DNA of 64,000 bases, from NCBI GenBank assembly GCA_963699835.1, contig CAVOVJ010000012.1:33744-97743 (forward strand), given 5' to 3'. Origin of the DNA: an uncultured Gammaproteobacteria bacterium (lineage in GTDB: Bacteria; Pseudomonadota; Gammaproteobacteria; Steroidobacterales; BM003). Both the position numbers and the translations under genes were made by a program. Positions 20,833 to 29,725 of this stretch are shown here, one piece after another (position 1 is the first letter of the stretch; each line of letters begins with the position of its first letter). The notes below the pieces were generated by a model. The model was not told where the DNA came from, ran no database searches, and worked only from the letters and a program-made list of their open reading frames with translations.

Positions 20833-21585
20833 TCAACGGGTTACCACCGCAACGAGGGCAGACTCCCTGCGTCGCATGCTGGCAAGCACGACGCGATCGA
20901 AGCGCGTGGTCTGGTCGAGCGCAATTTCGGCAGCCTGTCGCGCCAGTTTCTCTATGGTTGCGTCGTCGACCATATTGATCAGCGGCACTACGGTCATCTC
21001 TCCGCAACCCTTTAACAGGCCGTCCGGGCTCGACAGCAGGCGCGCGACATGAACCGGGGCGATACGCTCGCCGGTCTCGAGACCGGTGATCCTGGCAGCC
21101 TGTTCAGTGCGGTGCACGATCGATTCGTCAAAGCCGCGTCCGATCGCGGCCGCTGAAACCACGGTCACAAGTGTGGTAGCGGAGGGCGGCAGGACCGGTT
21201 CGTGCTCGGCGGGCGCTTTTAGCAGGCGCATCCTGGCACCATCGGCCTTGACCAGGGTCAGGTCGAAGTCACCGAGACTGTGTATTTGCTCGATCATCCC
21301 GACTGGCACACCCGCATGGCGTCCCGGGCGGGTGCTCGGGGTCGCATAGCCGATTTTTTTCGCGTCACAGCCCGCGATCGCTGCGGTAAGCGCGGACGTC
21401 TCCGCAATGATCTCGTGCAGGCCGAGTGTGGCCGGGAAATACGTCGTGTGCGCACTCGCCGTCAGCGCGACCCGTCCCGGGTGTCGTTGCAGAAGACGGT
21501 AGAGCGTGCTCTTTTTGCCGCCCGCGCCGACTGCGCAGACGATGCCGCGGCGCGCCTCCAGCGCGTCGAGGAGATCGGGTTTCAA
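20833..21585 (-). CDS. YqeC-family protein (putative selenium-dependent Mo-hydroxylase accessory protein family)
   Basis: LLDALEARRGIVCAVGAGGKKSTLYRL P-loop-like N-terminus and ...LVKADGAR... typical of the YqeC family. TTG start overlaps the upstream stop (TTGA). Confidence 0.7.
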   Translation of the reverse strand: MKPDLLDALEARRGIVCAVGAGGKKSTLYRLLQRHPGRVALTASAHTTYFPATLGLHEIIAETSALTAAIAGCDAKKIGYATPSTRPGRHAGVPVGMIEQIHSLGDFDLTLVKADGARMRLLKAPAEHEPVLPPSATTLVTVVSAAAIGRGFDESIVHRTEQAARITGLETGERIAPVHVARLLSSPDGLLKGCGEMTVVPLINMVDDATIEKLARQAAEIALDQTTRFDRVVLASMRRRESALVAVVTR

Positions 21586-22745
21586 GCAGCGTCCCCGGCA
21601 TGCGCATCAAGTGCTTTTATGCTGAGTATTCTCGGCAGGTAACCGGCGGCAAGCTGCCAGTGATCGCCTTCGTCGCGGCTGACGAACACGTGTCCGCTGG
21701 ATGTTCCAAAATAGACGCCGCAGGGATCATTGTCGTCGCAATCGAGTGCCTCGCGAAGTACCGTGACATAGGCATGGCTCTGCGGCAGCCCCTGGTCAAG
21801 CGCCTGCCATAGCCTGCCACCATCGCGGCTGCGATAGATACGCAGCTTGCCGTCCACGGTCGTCCGCATGTGCGAACTCGATTCGGGAATCTGGAAAACA
21901 GTGTCTGCGTCGCGGCGGGAAACGCAAATCGCATAGCCGAAATCGCTTGGCAGCCCAGCGCTGATTTCCGTCCAGCCGAGGCCGCCATCGTCGCTACGAT
22001 AGGTGCCGTTGTAGCATTGCCGGTACAACCTGTCTGTGTTCATCGGATGCATCACGAGGCGGTGGATATTGTGACCTGATTGAGGATAGCGCCGCGGCAG
22101 GTTCTCTGCTCTCACTCCGTTGTTTGCCGGCTCCCAGGTCATGCCATTGTCGTTGCTACGGTATGCGCCACCAGCCGAAACCGCGGCATAAATTCTGCCG
22201 GGATTGTCCGCGGCAACGTAGACCGAGTGAACTGAAAACCCGCCACGCGCGGGCTCCCATGTTTCGCGGCTGGGGTGCTCGTTGAGACCGTTGAACGCTT
22301 GCCAGCTAAGCCCGTGATCAGTGCTCTGGAATAGTCCGGGTGGGTCGATGCCGGCCAATAGCCTGCCGTCGCGGCAGTGGGCGAGATACCAGATTCGTTT
22401 TAGCGGCGTATCGAACTTGCCCTGCGCATGATGAGGCGCCGTGGCCAGGGGTGACCAGGTCGCGCCGCGATCGCCGCTGCGGTAGACATGTGCGCCCCAG
22501 ATGGTATGACTCGCGGCCGCGTAAAGGGTATCGGGATCGTTGGCATCCGCGCAGGTGTGCAGAATTTCATAGCCGGCGATGTGCGGACCGTCGATTCCCC
22601 AGCCGGTACCTTTCGTCGGCGCGTGCAACCGGAACAGGCCCTTCCGCGTACCCACCAGCAGCATTACCGTACCCGGGGAAGCGGAGCGCGCTACCATGGG
22701 GCGCTCGGTCGTTGTCTGCCAAGCCGGTTCACGCTCAGGTTTCAA
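21582..22745 (-). CDS. BNR/Asp-box beta-propeller protein (sialidase-like fold), no signal peptide
   Basis: Six Asp-boxes: SGDRGATW, STDHGLSW, SNDNGMTW, SDDGGLGW, SRDGGRLW, SRDEGDHW. Start uncertain: TTG 22745, ATG 22697 or ATG 22664 (MLLVGTRKGLF). Confidence 0.75.
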   Translation of the reverse strand: MKPEREPAWQTTTERPMVARSASPGTVMLLVGTRKGLFRLHAPTKGTGWGIDGPHIAGYEILHTCADANDPDTLYAAASHTIWGAHVYRSGDRGATWSPLATAPHHAQGKFDTPLKRIWYLAHCRDGRLLAGIDPPGLFQSTDHGLSWQAFNGLNEHPSRETWEPARGGFSVHSVYVAADNPGRIYAAVSAGGAYRSNDNGMTWEPANNGVRAENLPRRYPQSGHNIHRLVMHPMNTDRLYRQCYNGTYRSDDGGLGWTEISAGLPSDFGYAICVSRRDADTVFQIPESSSHMRTTVDGKLRIYRSRDGGRLWQALDQGLPQSHAYVTVLREALDCDDNDPCGVYFGTSSGHVFVSRDEGDHWQLAAGYLPRILSIKALDAHAGDAA

Positions 22746-23250
22746 GCAGCCGTGGCATCAGTTCGACCAGGTTGCAGGGACGCGTGCGATAGTCGAGCTG
22801 GGCGCTAATGATCTCATCCCAGGCGGTCGCGCACGCGCCTCCTGAGCCAGGCACGCAGAAGACATAGGTGCCGTTCGCGACTCCGGCGAGCGCGCGCGAC
22901 TGAATCGTCGACGTGCGAATTTGTTGTAATGACACCGCCCGAAAAACCTCGCCGAAACCATCGATAATTTTATCTAGCAACGGGGCTACGGCTTCTGGTG
23001 TGCCGTCCCGGCCAGTGACCCCGGTGCCGCCGGTAGTGATCACAGCCTGTATGTCGGGTTCTGCAATCCATTGCGACAATGCCGCGCGCACCTGGTAGAT
23101 ATCGTCGGGTACGATTCGCTTGTCCGCACATTCGTGCCCGGCTGCGACGAGTCTTTCGACCAGCAGCTTGCCGGATTTGTCGGTGTCTTCGTTGCGCGAA
23201 TCCGACACTGTCAGAACGGCGATTTTCAGTGCAATGAATTCTCTGTTCAT
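22735..23250 (-). CDS. moaB: molybdenum cofactor biosynthesis protein B (MogA/MoaB family)
   Basis: IAVLTVSDSR...VITTGGTGVTGRDGTPEA...PGSGGA motifs. 171 aa. Confidence 0.9.
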   Translation of the reverse strand: MNREFIALKIAVLTVSDSRNEDTDKSGKLLVERLVAAGHECADKRIVPDDIYQVRAALSQWIAEPDIQAVITTGGTGVTGRDGTPEAVAPLLDKIIDGFGEVFRAVSLQQIRTSTIQSRALAGVANGTYVFCVPGSGGACATAWDEIISAQLDYRTRPCNLVELMPRLLET

Positions 23251-23318
23251 GGGTTACCGGTGAGCGGGTTCATTGGCGAAGCCGGACAAGGCGCCAGGTC
23301 CTGCAGCGGCGACCATGC

Positions 23319-24593
23319 TCAGACGAGCCCGGCGAAAGGTTGAACGGTGACTGTTGATCCGGCGGGCACGCGCTCTTGCTCGATCGGCAAGACGATAAAG
23401 CAATTCGCCTCGGCCATCGATCGCAGGACGCCAGCTCCCTGGTGGTCGGAGCCTCTCACGACGTAATGACCATCATTGGCCCGCGTCAGAATGCCACGCT
23501 GAAACTCGAGACGCCCTGCTTTCTTGCGCAGTCCTGTTTCGCAGACAGCCTTGATGTAGATCGGTGGATCGATTGCATCCAGACCCATCAACGCTTGCAG
23601 CGCCGGTTGAACCACTTGGTAGAATGTTGCCATAACCGATACCGGGTTGCCCGGCAGCCCGAAGAACAGTGCCTTGCCTACTCGGCCGAACGCGACCGGT
23701 CGCCCCGGTTTCATCGCGATTTTCCAAAAATCGACAGTGCCGACCCGGGCCAGCGTATCCGTGACGAAATCTGCCTCACCGACGGAGACGCCGCCGGACG
23801 TTATGATCGCATCGGCGACCTGCGACGCGTCGAGAAATGCCTGTTCGACATCTTCGCGCCGGTCGCGAATGACACCCATGTCCAGCACCGGCAACCCGAT
23901 GCGCTTGAGCATGCCGAACAGCGTGTACCGGTTGCTGTCGTAAATCTGGCCATCCTCCAGTGTCTCGCCGATCCCGCGCAACTCGTCGCCGGTTGAGAAA
24001 AACGCGATGACCGGCAGACGTCTTACCCTGACTTCGCCGATGCCGAGCGACGCGATCAGGCCGAGGTGGGCGGAGCGCAATCGAGACCCGGCAGCAAGGG
24101 CGACATCTCCGGCGCTGATATCCTCGCCGGCGGGACGCACATGCTGACCGACCTTGTTGTCCGGCCCAATAGTGGCGCTGTCGCCCTCGCGGATCACATG
24201 CTCCTGGATGACGACGGTATCGCAGCCGGCGGGTAACGGTGCCCCTGTCATGATGCGCACGCACTGACCCGGCGCCACGGCCCCGGCAAACGGCCGTCCC
24301 GCCCATGCCGTACCCATCACGGTATAGCTGCGGGCACGGTCCTGTGGCAGGTCGCTACCGGCAAGCGCGTAACCGTCCATTGCCGAATTGGTGTGTGGAG
24401 GTACATCTACCGTCGAGACGACGTCTTGCGCGAGCACCCGGCCAAGCGCGCTGCGCAAGGCAAGTGTCTCGGCTCCCGCTACGGGAGTGATCGAAGCGCG
24501 AATACGCGCGACGGCATCATCCAGAGACAGCGCTTCGCTGTCGTGCGGATCCATGCAGCTCGGCGCATGAATCCCGGTTTCGGCGCGGCTCAT
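23319..24593 (-). CDS. moeA: molybdopterin molybdenumtransferase MoeA
   Basis: ...PHTNSAMDGYA..., ...ITSGGVSVGEADF..., FGLPGNPVS. 424 aa. Overlaps mobA by 4 nt. Confidence 0.95.
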   Translation of the reverse strand: MSRAETGIHAPSCMDPHDSEALSLDDAVARIRASITPVAGAETLALRSALGRVLAQDVVSTVDVPPHTNSAMDGYALAGSDLPQDRARSYTVMGTAWAGRPFAGAVAPGQCVRIMTGAPLPAGCDTVVIQEHVIREGDSATIGPDNKVGQHVRPAGEDISAGDVALAAGSRLRSAHLGLIASLGIGEVRVRRLPVIAFFSTGDELRGIGETLEDGQIYDSNRYTLFGMLKRIGLPVLDMGVIRDRREDVEQAFLDASQVADAIITSGGVSVGEADFVTDTLARVGTVDFWKIAMKPGRPVAFGRVGKALFFGLPGNPVSVMATFYQVVQPALQALMGLDAIDPPIYIKAVCETGLRKKAGRLEFQRGILTRANDGHYVVRGSDHQGAGVLRSMAEANCFIVLPIEQERVPAGSTVTVQPFAGLV

Positions 24594-25220
24594 TTTCCGG
24601 TCTCCACTGTGTGCTGACGATCCGTGTCTGATTCACCCAGCCTTGGTTCGAGTGCTGCCACGTCCGCCGGTTCGTTTACGTTGAGGAAATTGTCCCGGCA
24701 ATCGCTGAAGTCGGCAAGCTCCATGGTCTGGTCGGCGTACCAACGATCAATTTTACGGCCCCCGCCACCGAGATAGGTCTCGAGGCTGACCAGCAGTGAC
24801 GTATTCAGTAGCGAGAATACCGGTTGCAGACGATCGCCGTCGTGGGCGACGCAGACCTCCGCGCCATTTCGCAGGTGCGCTTGCCACAACCGTTCGGCAA
24901 GATCGGCCACGATCAACGGCGAGTCACACGGGACTGTCAGGATATGAGTGGTCTGTGCCGCCCGCATTCCGCTCGCCATGCCGGCGAGGGGGCCGAGAAA
25001 TCCGTCCTCGTGGTCCGCAATTACCGGGTAGCCGAATTCGGAATAGCGCTCGCTATTGCGGTTCGCATTGATTGCGATCGTTGCAACCTGAGGTCGTAGC
25101 GCGCTGATCGTCCACTCGACCATCGGCCGCCCTTGCAATCGGAATGAGGCCTTTGTCGACACCCCCCATCCGACGTGCCTGGCCGCCCGCCAGAACGATA
25201 CCGGTGATCCGTGTTTGCAT
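24590..25220 (-). pseudogene. mobA: molybdenum cofactor guanylyltransferase MobA, frame broken by one extra base near 25130-25146 (true lesion or sequence error)
   Basis: MQTRITGIVLAGGQARRMGGVDKGLIP is in one frame, and LQGRPMVEWTISAL...INANRN...GPLAGM...VPCDSP is in another. Span is 631 nt = 3n+1. Confidence 0.85.
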
Positions 25221-25618
25221 CAGTTCCTTCCGTTCATGTGCATCATTTTTCGGCCCGCGCTGATCCGACGCTGACCGCAAGTATGCGATTGCTCCTGCTC
25301 AGGCCGACCCCTCGCCAGATCGCCTGCCCGGAATCTCGTCTTCTGGCAGCGAACGGTTAATGGCCTCGCGGGACCCGGTGGCGGGACATTTTGGCATAGA
25401 TTTCCACTGCATTTGCGCCATACTGACCCATCCCGTACTCTTTTTGTGGAGAATTCACCCGTTGGTTCAGTGAGCCGGTTGCGAAAGTCTGTTTTGTGCC
25501 ACCTGCGTGGCGAGGATATTTTGTGCGGGATCGGTGTCACAAACGTGTCGGAAAACTTCACCGCCCGAGTGTTCTGCGCAAATACGCAAACATTACCCGG
25601 CAGCAATGAGGAAAGCTC

Positions 25619-27004
25619 GTGGGCGACGTGTCCATGCAACAAGAAAAGACCGAAAAACTGCGGCTTATGCATGCGTCGGTGCTCGTTCTCGGCGCCACAT
25701 TGCCACAACGGCGAAGACTGGTTGCGCCGCTGTCGCGCAGGCTCGGGCTGGTCGAATGTGCCGACGATGGCGATAGTGCCATCCCGTTGATGTCGCGGTG
25801 TCGCTTCGACTTTCTTCTCGTTTTCGAAAATGGTCACCGCCGCGACTGGCTGGACTGGATCGAGTCTCTGCGTCGCGACGGCGATTTCCGGCCGGTGATT
25901 CTGTGCAGTGACAAGCTCGACCGCCCCGCAGCGGCGGCCGCAATACGCACCGGGATCGTCGATCTGCTGTCCGTCGACTGTGTTGAAAGCGATGTCGTGG
26001 CGGCCATCGAGAGGATGCAGGAGAGAGCGGCGCGCGGGGCGACCGCGCCACCCATGCAGCGAATCGTCAGCAGGGACCCCCGGCCCGATTCGCTGATTGG
26101 CGACAGCGCCGCAATGCGTGAGGTGAAACGCCTGGTTGGCAGAATAGCTCCGTTACCGGCGACCGTTCTCATCGAAGGTGAGACCGGAACCGGAAAAGAG
26201 CTGGCAGCGCGTCTGCTGCACAGCCTGAGTGGCCGCAAGGGCGCGTTCGTTCCGGTTAACTGCGGCGCCATCTCGCCGGAGTTGCTGGAAAGCGAATTGT
26301 TCGGTCATAAGAAAGGCGCGTTTACCAACGCGCATCGGGTTCGCGAGGGTTTGTTCGTAGCCGCCCGCCAGGGCACGCTGTTTCTCGATGAAGTCAGCGA
26401 AATGCCGGTTGCGCTGGAAGTCAAGTTGCTGCGCGCGCTGGAGGAGGGTGCCATCCGGCCGGTGGGCGCGGACGCGGAAACTGCGGTCGACGTAAGGATC
26501 ATCGCGTCGACGCAGCACGATCTTCCGGAGCGCGTCCGGCAAGGCCGGTTTCGCGAGGACCTTTTTTACCGGCTCAATGTGATCAATATCAAGTTGCCGC
26601 CTTTGCGCGCTCGGCATGGCGATATTGAATTACTCGCGGAGTTTTTCATGCACTCGCTCGCAGTTGAACTCGGGTTGCCTGCGGTCGCCCTGGACAAGGC
26701 GACGTTCGAACTGCTGAAGGCGCATGACTGGCCCGGAAATGTTCGCGAATTGAAGAATGTTATCGAGCGTACGCTGATGCTCGGCGAGTTCCCGAGTGGT
26801 TCGATCGGTACGCGTCGACCGGCGGAACGGCTGGCCGTGCCGGAGTACCCGATCGACTGGACCCTCGAAGAGGTCAAATGCCATCACATGCGTCGAGTGC
26901 TGGAGTCAGCCGGCGGCAACAAGTCAGCGGCGGCGCGCCTGCTGGGAATTTCGCGAAAGACGCTGGAACGCAAACTAGGGGTGACGGATACCCCCGAAAT
27001 TTGA
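25619..27004 (+). CDS. sigma-54-dependent transcriptional activator (NtrC/Fis family) with degenerate receiver domain
   Basis: AAA+ core GETGTGKELAARLLH, ESELFGHKKGAFTNA, RIIASTQHDL, C-terminal Fis HTH AAARLLGISRKTLERKL. GTG start with GAGGA RBS. N-terminal domain lacks the usual acidic pocket. Confidence 0.9.
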   Translation: MGDVSMQQEKTEKLRLMHASVLVLGATLPQRRRLVAPLSRRLGLVECADDGDSAIPLMSRCRFDFLLVFENGHRRDWLDWIESLRRDGDFRPVILCSDKLDRPAAAAAIRTGIVDLLSVDCVESDVVAAIERMQERAARGATAPPMQRIVSRDPRPDSLIGDSAAMREVKRLVGRIAPLPATVLIEGETGTGKELAARLLHSLSGRKGAFVPVNCGAISPELLESELFGHKKGAFTNAHRVREGLFVAARQGTLFLDEVSEMPVALEVKLLRALEEGAIRPVGADAETAVDVRIIASTQHDLPERVRQGRFREDLFYRLNVINIKLPPLRARHGDIELLAEFFMHSLAVELGLPAVALDKATFELLKAHDWPGNVRELKNVIERTLMLGEFPSGSIGTRRPAERLAVPEYPIDWTLEEVKCHHMRRVLESAGGNKSAAARLLGISRKTLERKLGVTDTPEI

Positions 27005-27063
27005 GCGCCCGGCTTGAATCTGTACGCGCGGGACCGATGAAAATTGATGATCAGGAGTAACAA

Positions 27064-27297
27064 ATGAACGACAATGGCGACGGAAAACGCGGCGGAGGCC
27101 TCAACACCGACCTGCGAAAATTCTTGAAAACGGTCGGTATTTCCTCACAACGCAAAATAGAGGAGGCGGTTACCGCCGCGCTGCAATCCGGAACGCTCGA
27201 TGCGGACAGCCCGGTCCGCGTGCGCATGACTCTGGAGTTGCCCGGTCTTGGTGTCACACACGTGGTCGAGCAGGATCTGTCCTCCGGGGCCGACTAA
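27064..27297 (+). CDS. small conserved hypothetical protein (77 aa)
   Basis: AGGAG RBS 8 nt upstream of ATG. LRKFLKTVGISSQRKIEEAV... resembles a small DUF family, but I cannot name it with certainty. Confidence 0.5.
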   Translation: MNDNGDGKRGGGLNTDLRKFLKTVGISSQRKIEEAVTAALQSGTLDADSPVRVRMTLELPGLGVTHVVEQDLSSGAD

Positions 27298-27354
27298 AGC
27301 GCTAGCAAACTCCGCGATGGACTCGCCGCTCGAAGGAAGTGAAGGGATCCGTGA

Positions 27355-28491
27355 TCAGGCCGGCCAGATCAGCTTGCCGGCTTCGCTGAGATCATAGCCA
27401 CCGAGCATCCGCGCGTGGGACTGGCAGTCTTTGCCGCGGATGTGTTCGAGCAACGACTGAAACAGCGTTCTGAAGAAGATGCCGCGGTGCATGGCCAGGT
27501 CGAAAGCCTCCCAGCCGATCGGCAGAAAGTCCAGCCCGTACTCGGTGGCTGACGCGCGCACACCGACAGTGACGTTTGCGTAGCCCATCGCAATCAGCGA
27601 TGCGGCGTCGCGCTCGGAAAAGGCATGGGTGGCGATTCTGCGCGACGCCAGATCGAGATCGTATTGCGACACCAGTTCCTGCAGAAATCGTTGCGATCCG
27701 GTTCCCTGTTCGTGGGCAACCCAGCGCGTTTCGCTGGAAAACAGCCGTTGCAGCGACGCGCCGCTATTCCACACGCCCGGCGTCAAAATCAGTCCCTGCT
27801 CGCGCCGGAAAAGACGCACCAGCAGCCAGTCATTATGCTGCGGGTATTGTCGTATCAACGCGGGATGGCGCTGGTGACTTTCTTCTGCAGGGCCCCAGCT
27901 CATTCCGCACAGGTCCGCGCGCCTTCGCGCCAGCAAGGTCAACCCGAGCTGGGTCACGGTTGGAGTGAAGCTGATCAGCGCGCTGGCCTGAAACTCATTG
28001 GCGGTCCGAACAATCGCCCGGTAAAGCAAGGGATCGTCCGATCCTGCGATCAGCATCCGATCGGTGAGCAGACCACCGTGACAGGACTCAAGAATCCACT
28101 GATCGACGAGGTCTTTTGGGAATAGCCATTTCCCTGTGATTTTACTCGCGGGGATCAGGCCATCGCCAACGAGCGCATAGACTTTTTTCTCGTTTATTTG
28201 CAGATAGTGGGCTACCTGTTTGACGCTCATGAACCTGGGAGTTTGCTCGGGATCGGTGTGTTTCGCCCCCGCCGCGGCGATATCGGTCGCCAGATTATCC
28301 ACATTCTGCCCCTCCCAGGTGACATGCCTGCCGCCGCGGCACTCACTGTAAACCGCATTCGGCCTCCCCTGGCGGCAAACGATGCAAAATTCGTTCCGCT
28401 CTGCGCACCGCGCATAACAGATTGAATAGAGTTCATTCGCTCGCGGCCGGGAGGAATCCACCTGCGCTACCGTTGCGACAAAATATCCCAC
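27355..28491 (-). CDS. HTH (excisionase/MerR-like) + periplasmic-binding-protein-like domain regulator (TunR/ModE-functional analogue?)
   Basis: MSVKQVAHYLQINEKKVYALVGDGLIPASKITGKWLFPKDLVDQWI HTH followed by a PBP-like domain. The 87-aa Cys-rich N-terminal extension is uncertain; alternative ATG at 28230. Confidence 0.7.
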   Translation of the reverse strand: MGYFVATVAQVDSSRPRANELYSICYARCAERNEFCIVCRQGRPNAVYSECRGGRHVTWEGQNVDNLATDIAAAGAKHTDPEQTPRFMSVKQVAHYLQINEKKVYALVGDGLIPASKITGKWLFPKDLVDQWILESCHGGLLTDRMLIAGSDDPLLYRAIVRTANEFQASALISFTPTVTQLGLTLLARRRADLCGMSWGPAEESHQRHPALIRQYPQHNDWLLVRLFRREQGLILTPGVWNSGASLQRLFSSETRWVAHEQGTGSQRFLQELVSQYDLDLASRRIATHAFSERDAASLIAMGYANVTVGVRASATEYGLDFLPIGWEAFDLAMHRGIFFRTLFQSLLEHIRGKDCQSHARMLGGYDLSEAGKLIWPA

Positions 28492-28670
28492 TGCTGGTTC
28501 ATATGGGAGTTTTTGTCCCAGTCTCTTATCAATTTCAGCAACGCTTGGGTCCGTCTCTGTCAGTCTCCTGAATTTTGTCTAACAGTCGTGTTCAATTGCG
28601 GTACAGTACGGGGCTTCCGGGTCATAGATGGCGGAGACAGGCCGGACGATTCGTTCGCCGGCGGTATTGG

Positions 28671-29156
28671 ATGAGCGCAGATTTGACGATACCGGTGTCG
28701 GTAATCATGCGACGCCGCGAAGTAGCCGGCCAAGGATGGTGCGTGCCCAGCTGGGACGCCATCGGTGTCATTGCCGGAGAGAATCTCGGGTCCGGCGAGC
28801 CGTCGCGCCAGCTGCTGCGGGATGGGCCAGACGAGCAACAGTATCTGTGGAGTGGATACCGCCTGCGGTTCTTCCGCGATGCCTGCGAGAGCTACTGGTG
28901 TAATCTCACTGTCGATCAGCCGAGGTTGTTCGTCGTGTGCAGGCCGGGCGAGGAGGGCGGCGATCTGGAGCCTTTTATCATTACGGCCGACCAGGACGAG
29001 GCCGGGTCTGCCGTGGAGACGGATGACCAGGTTTTTGCGGTAAATATGCCGCCGCAGATTTATCATCATCTCGAGCGCTACGTCGTCGAGAACTATGAGC
29101 CGCAGCCGAAGAGAAAGCGGAAGCGAAAGAACTGGTCGGAGCGGCCGCCGTCATGA
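28671..29156 (+). CDS. DUF3305-family protein (formate dehydrogenase-region accessory)
   Basis: MSADLTIPVSVIMRRR...YRLRFFRDACESYWCNL... pattern. Overlaps the next gene by 4 nt. ATG at 28671 preferred over the ORF-track 28575. Confidence 0.65.
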   Translation: MSADLTIPVSVIMRRREVAGQGWCVPSWDAIGVIAGENLGSGEPSRQLLRDGPDEQQYLWSGYRLRFFRDACESYWCNLTVDQPRLFVVCRPGEEGGDLEPFIITADQDEAGSAVETDDQVFAVNMPPQIYHHLERYVVENYEPQPKRKRKRKNWSERPPS

Positions 29157-29725
29157 GCGAAAAGATTTCCAACCGCACCATGCCACCGGGTAGCGATGAG
29201 GAAGGGTTTCTCAGTCGCTGGTCGCGTCTGAAAAACGCGGAACGAAAAGGTGTGGTCATTGACTCCGAGCAGGATTCGTTGCCGGTACCGGCGACGGCGG
29301 AGGAGGTAATCACCGGCGCTGCCGAGGAGCCGCCGCTGACCGATGCCGATATGCCGCCGCTCGATTCGCTGACCGGCGATTCCGATATCAGCGGGTTTTT
29401 GTCGCAAGGTGTCAGCCACGGTTTGCGCCGCGCTGCTCTGCGCAAACTGTTTCATAGTCCCAAATTCAACGTCTGCGATGGTCTCGATGACTACTGCGAC
29501 GACTTCCGGAATTTTGCCCCGCTCGGCTCGACCATTACAGCCGATATGCGTCATCACATGGAGCGGCTCCTAAAAGAGCGCCTGGCGGAAACCGGCGAAG
29601 CAGAAGATCCGGTCAGCGCGCACGAGCCTGCGGTTGACCCGGAGCTCGCGGCCGCGGGAGCCACCGGTGATCCGGATACCCAGGCGGTGTTTGACGAAGA
29701 TGAAGCAGGCAAAGGTGAAGGATGA
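29153..29725 (+). CDS. DUF3306-family protein
   Basis: ...EEGFLSRWSRLK... N-terminus, acidic middle, conserved C-terminal ...FNVCDGLDDYCDDF. 4-nt overlaps on both sides. Confidence 0.6.
   Translation: MSEKISNRTMPPGSDEEGFLSRWSRLKNAERKGVVIDSEQDSLPVPATAEEVITGAAEEPPLTDADMPPLDSLTGDSDISGFLSQGVSHGLRRAALRKLFHSPKFNVCDGLDDYCDDFRNFAPLGSTITADMRHHMERLLKERLAETGEAEDPVSAHEPAVDPELAAAGATGDPDTQAVFDEDEAGKGEG

Noticed and set aside
25221-25618. A possible Moco riboswitch in the ~400-bp leader upstream of mobA (minus strand)
   Set aside because: Only vague resemblance is visible (CCGGGCAGG...GGCCTGAGCAGGAGC, and GGAAGGA at the RBS). I cannot reconstruct the conserved Moco-motif helices by eye. A cmscan against Rfam RF01055 would be needed, so no claim is made.
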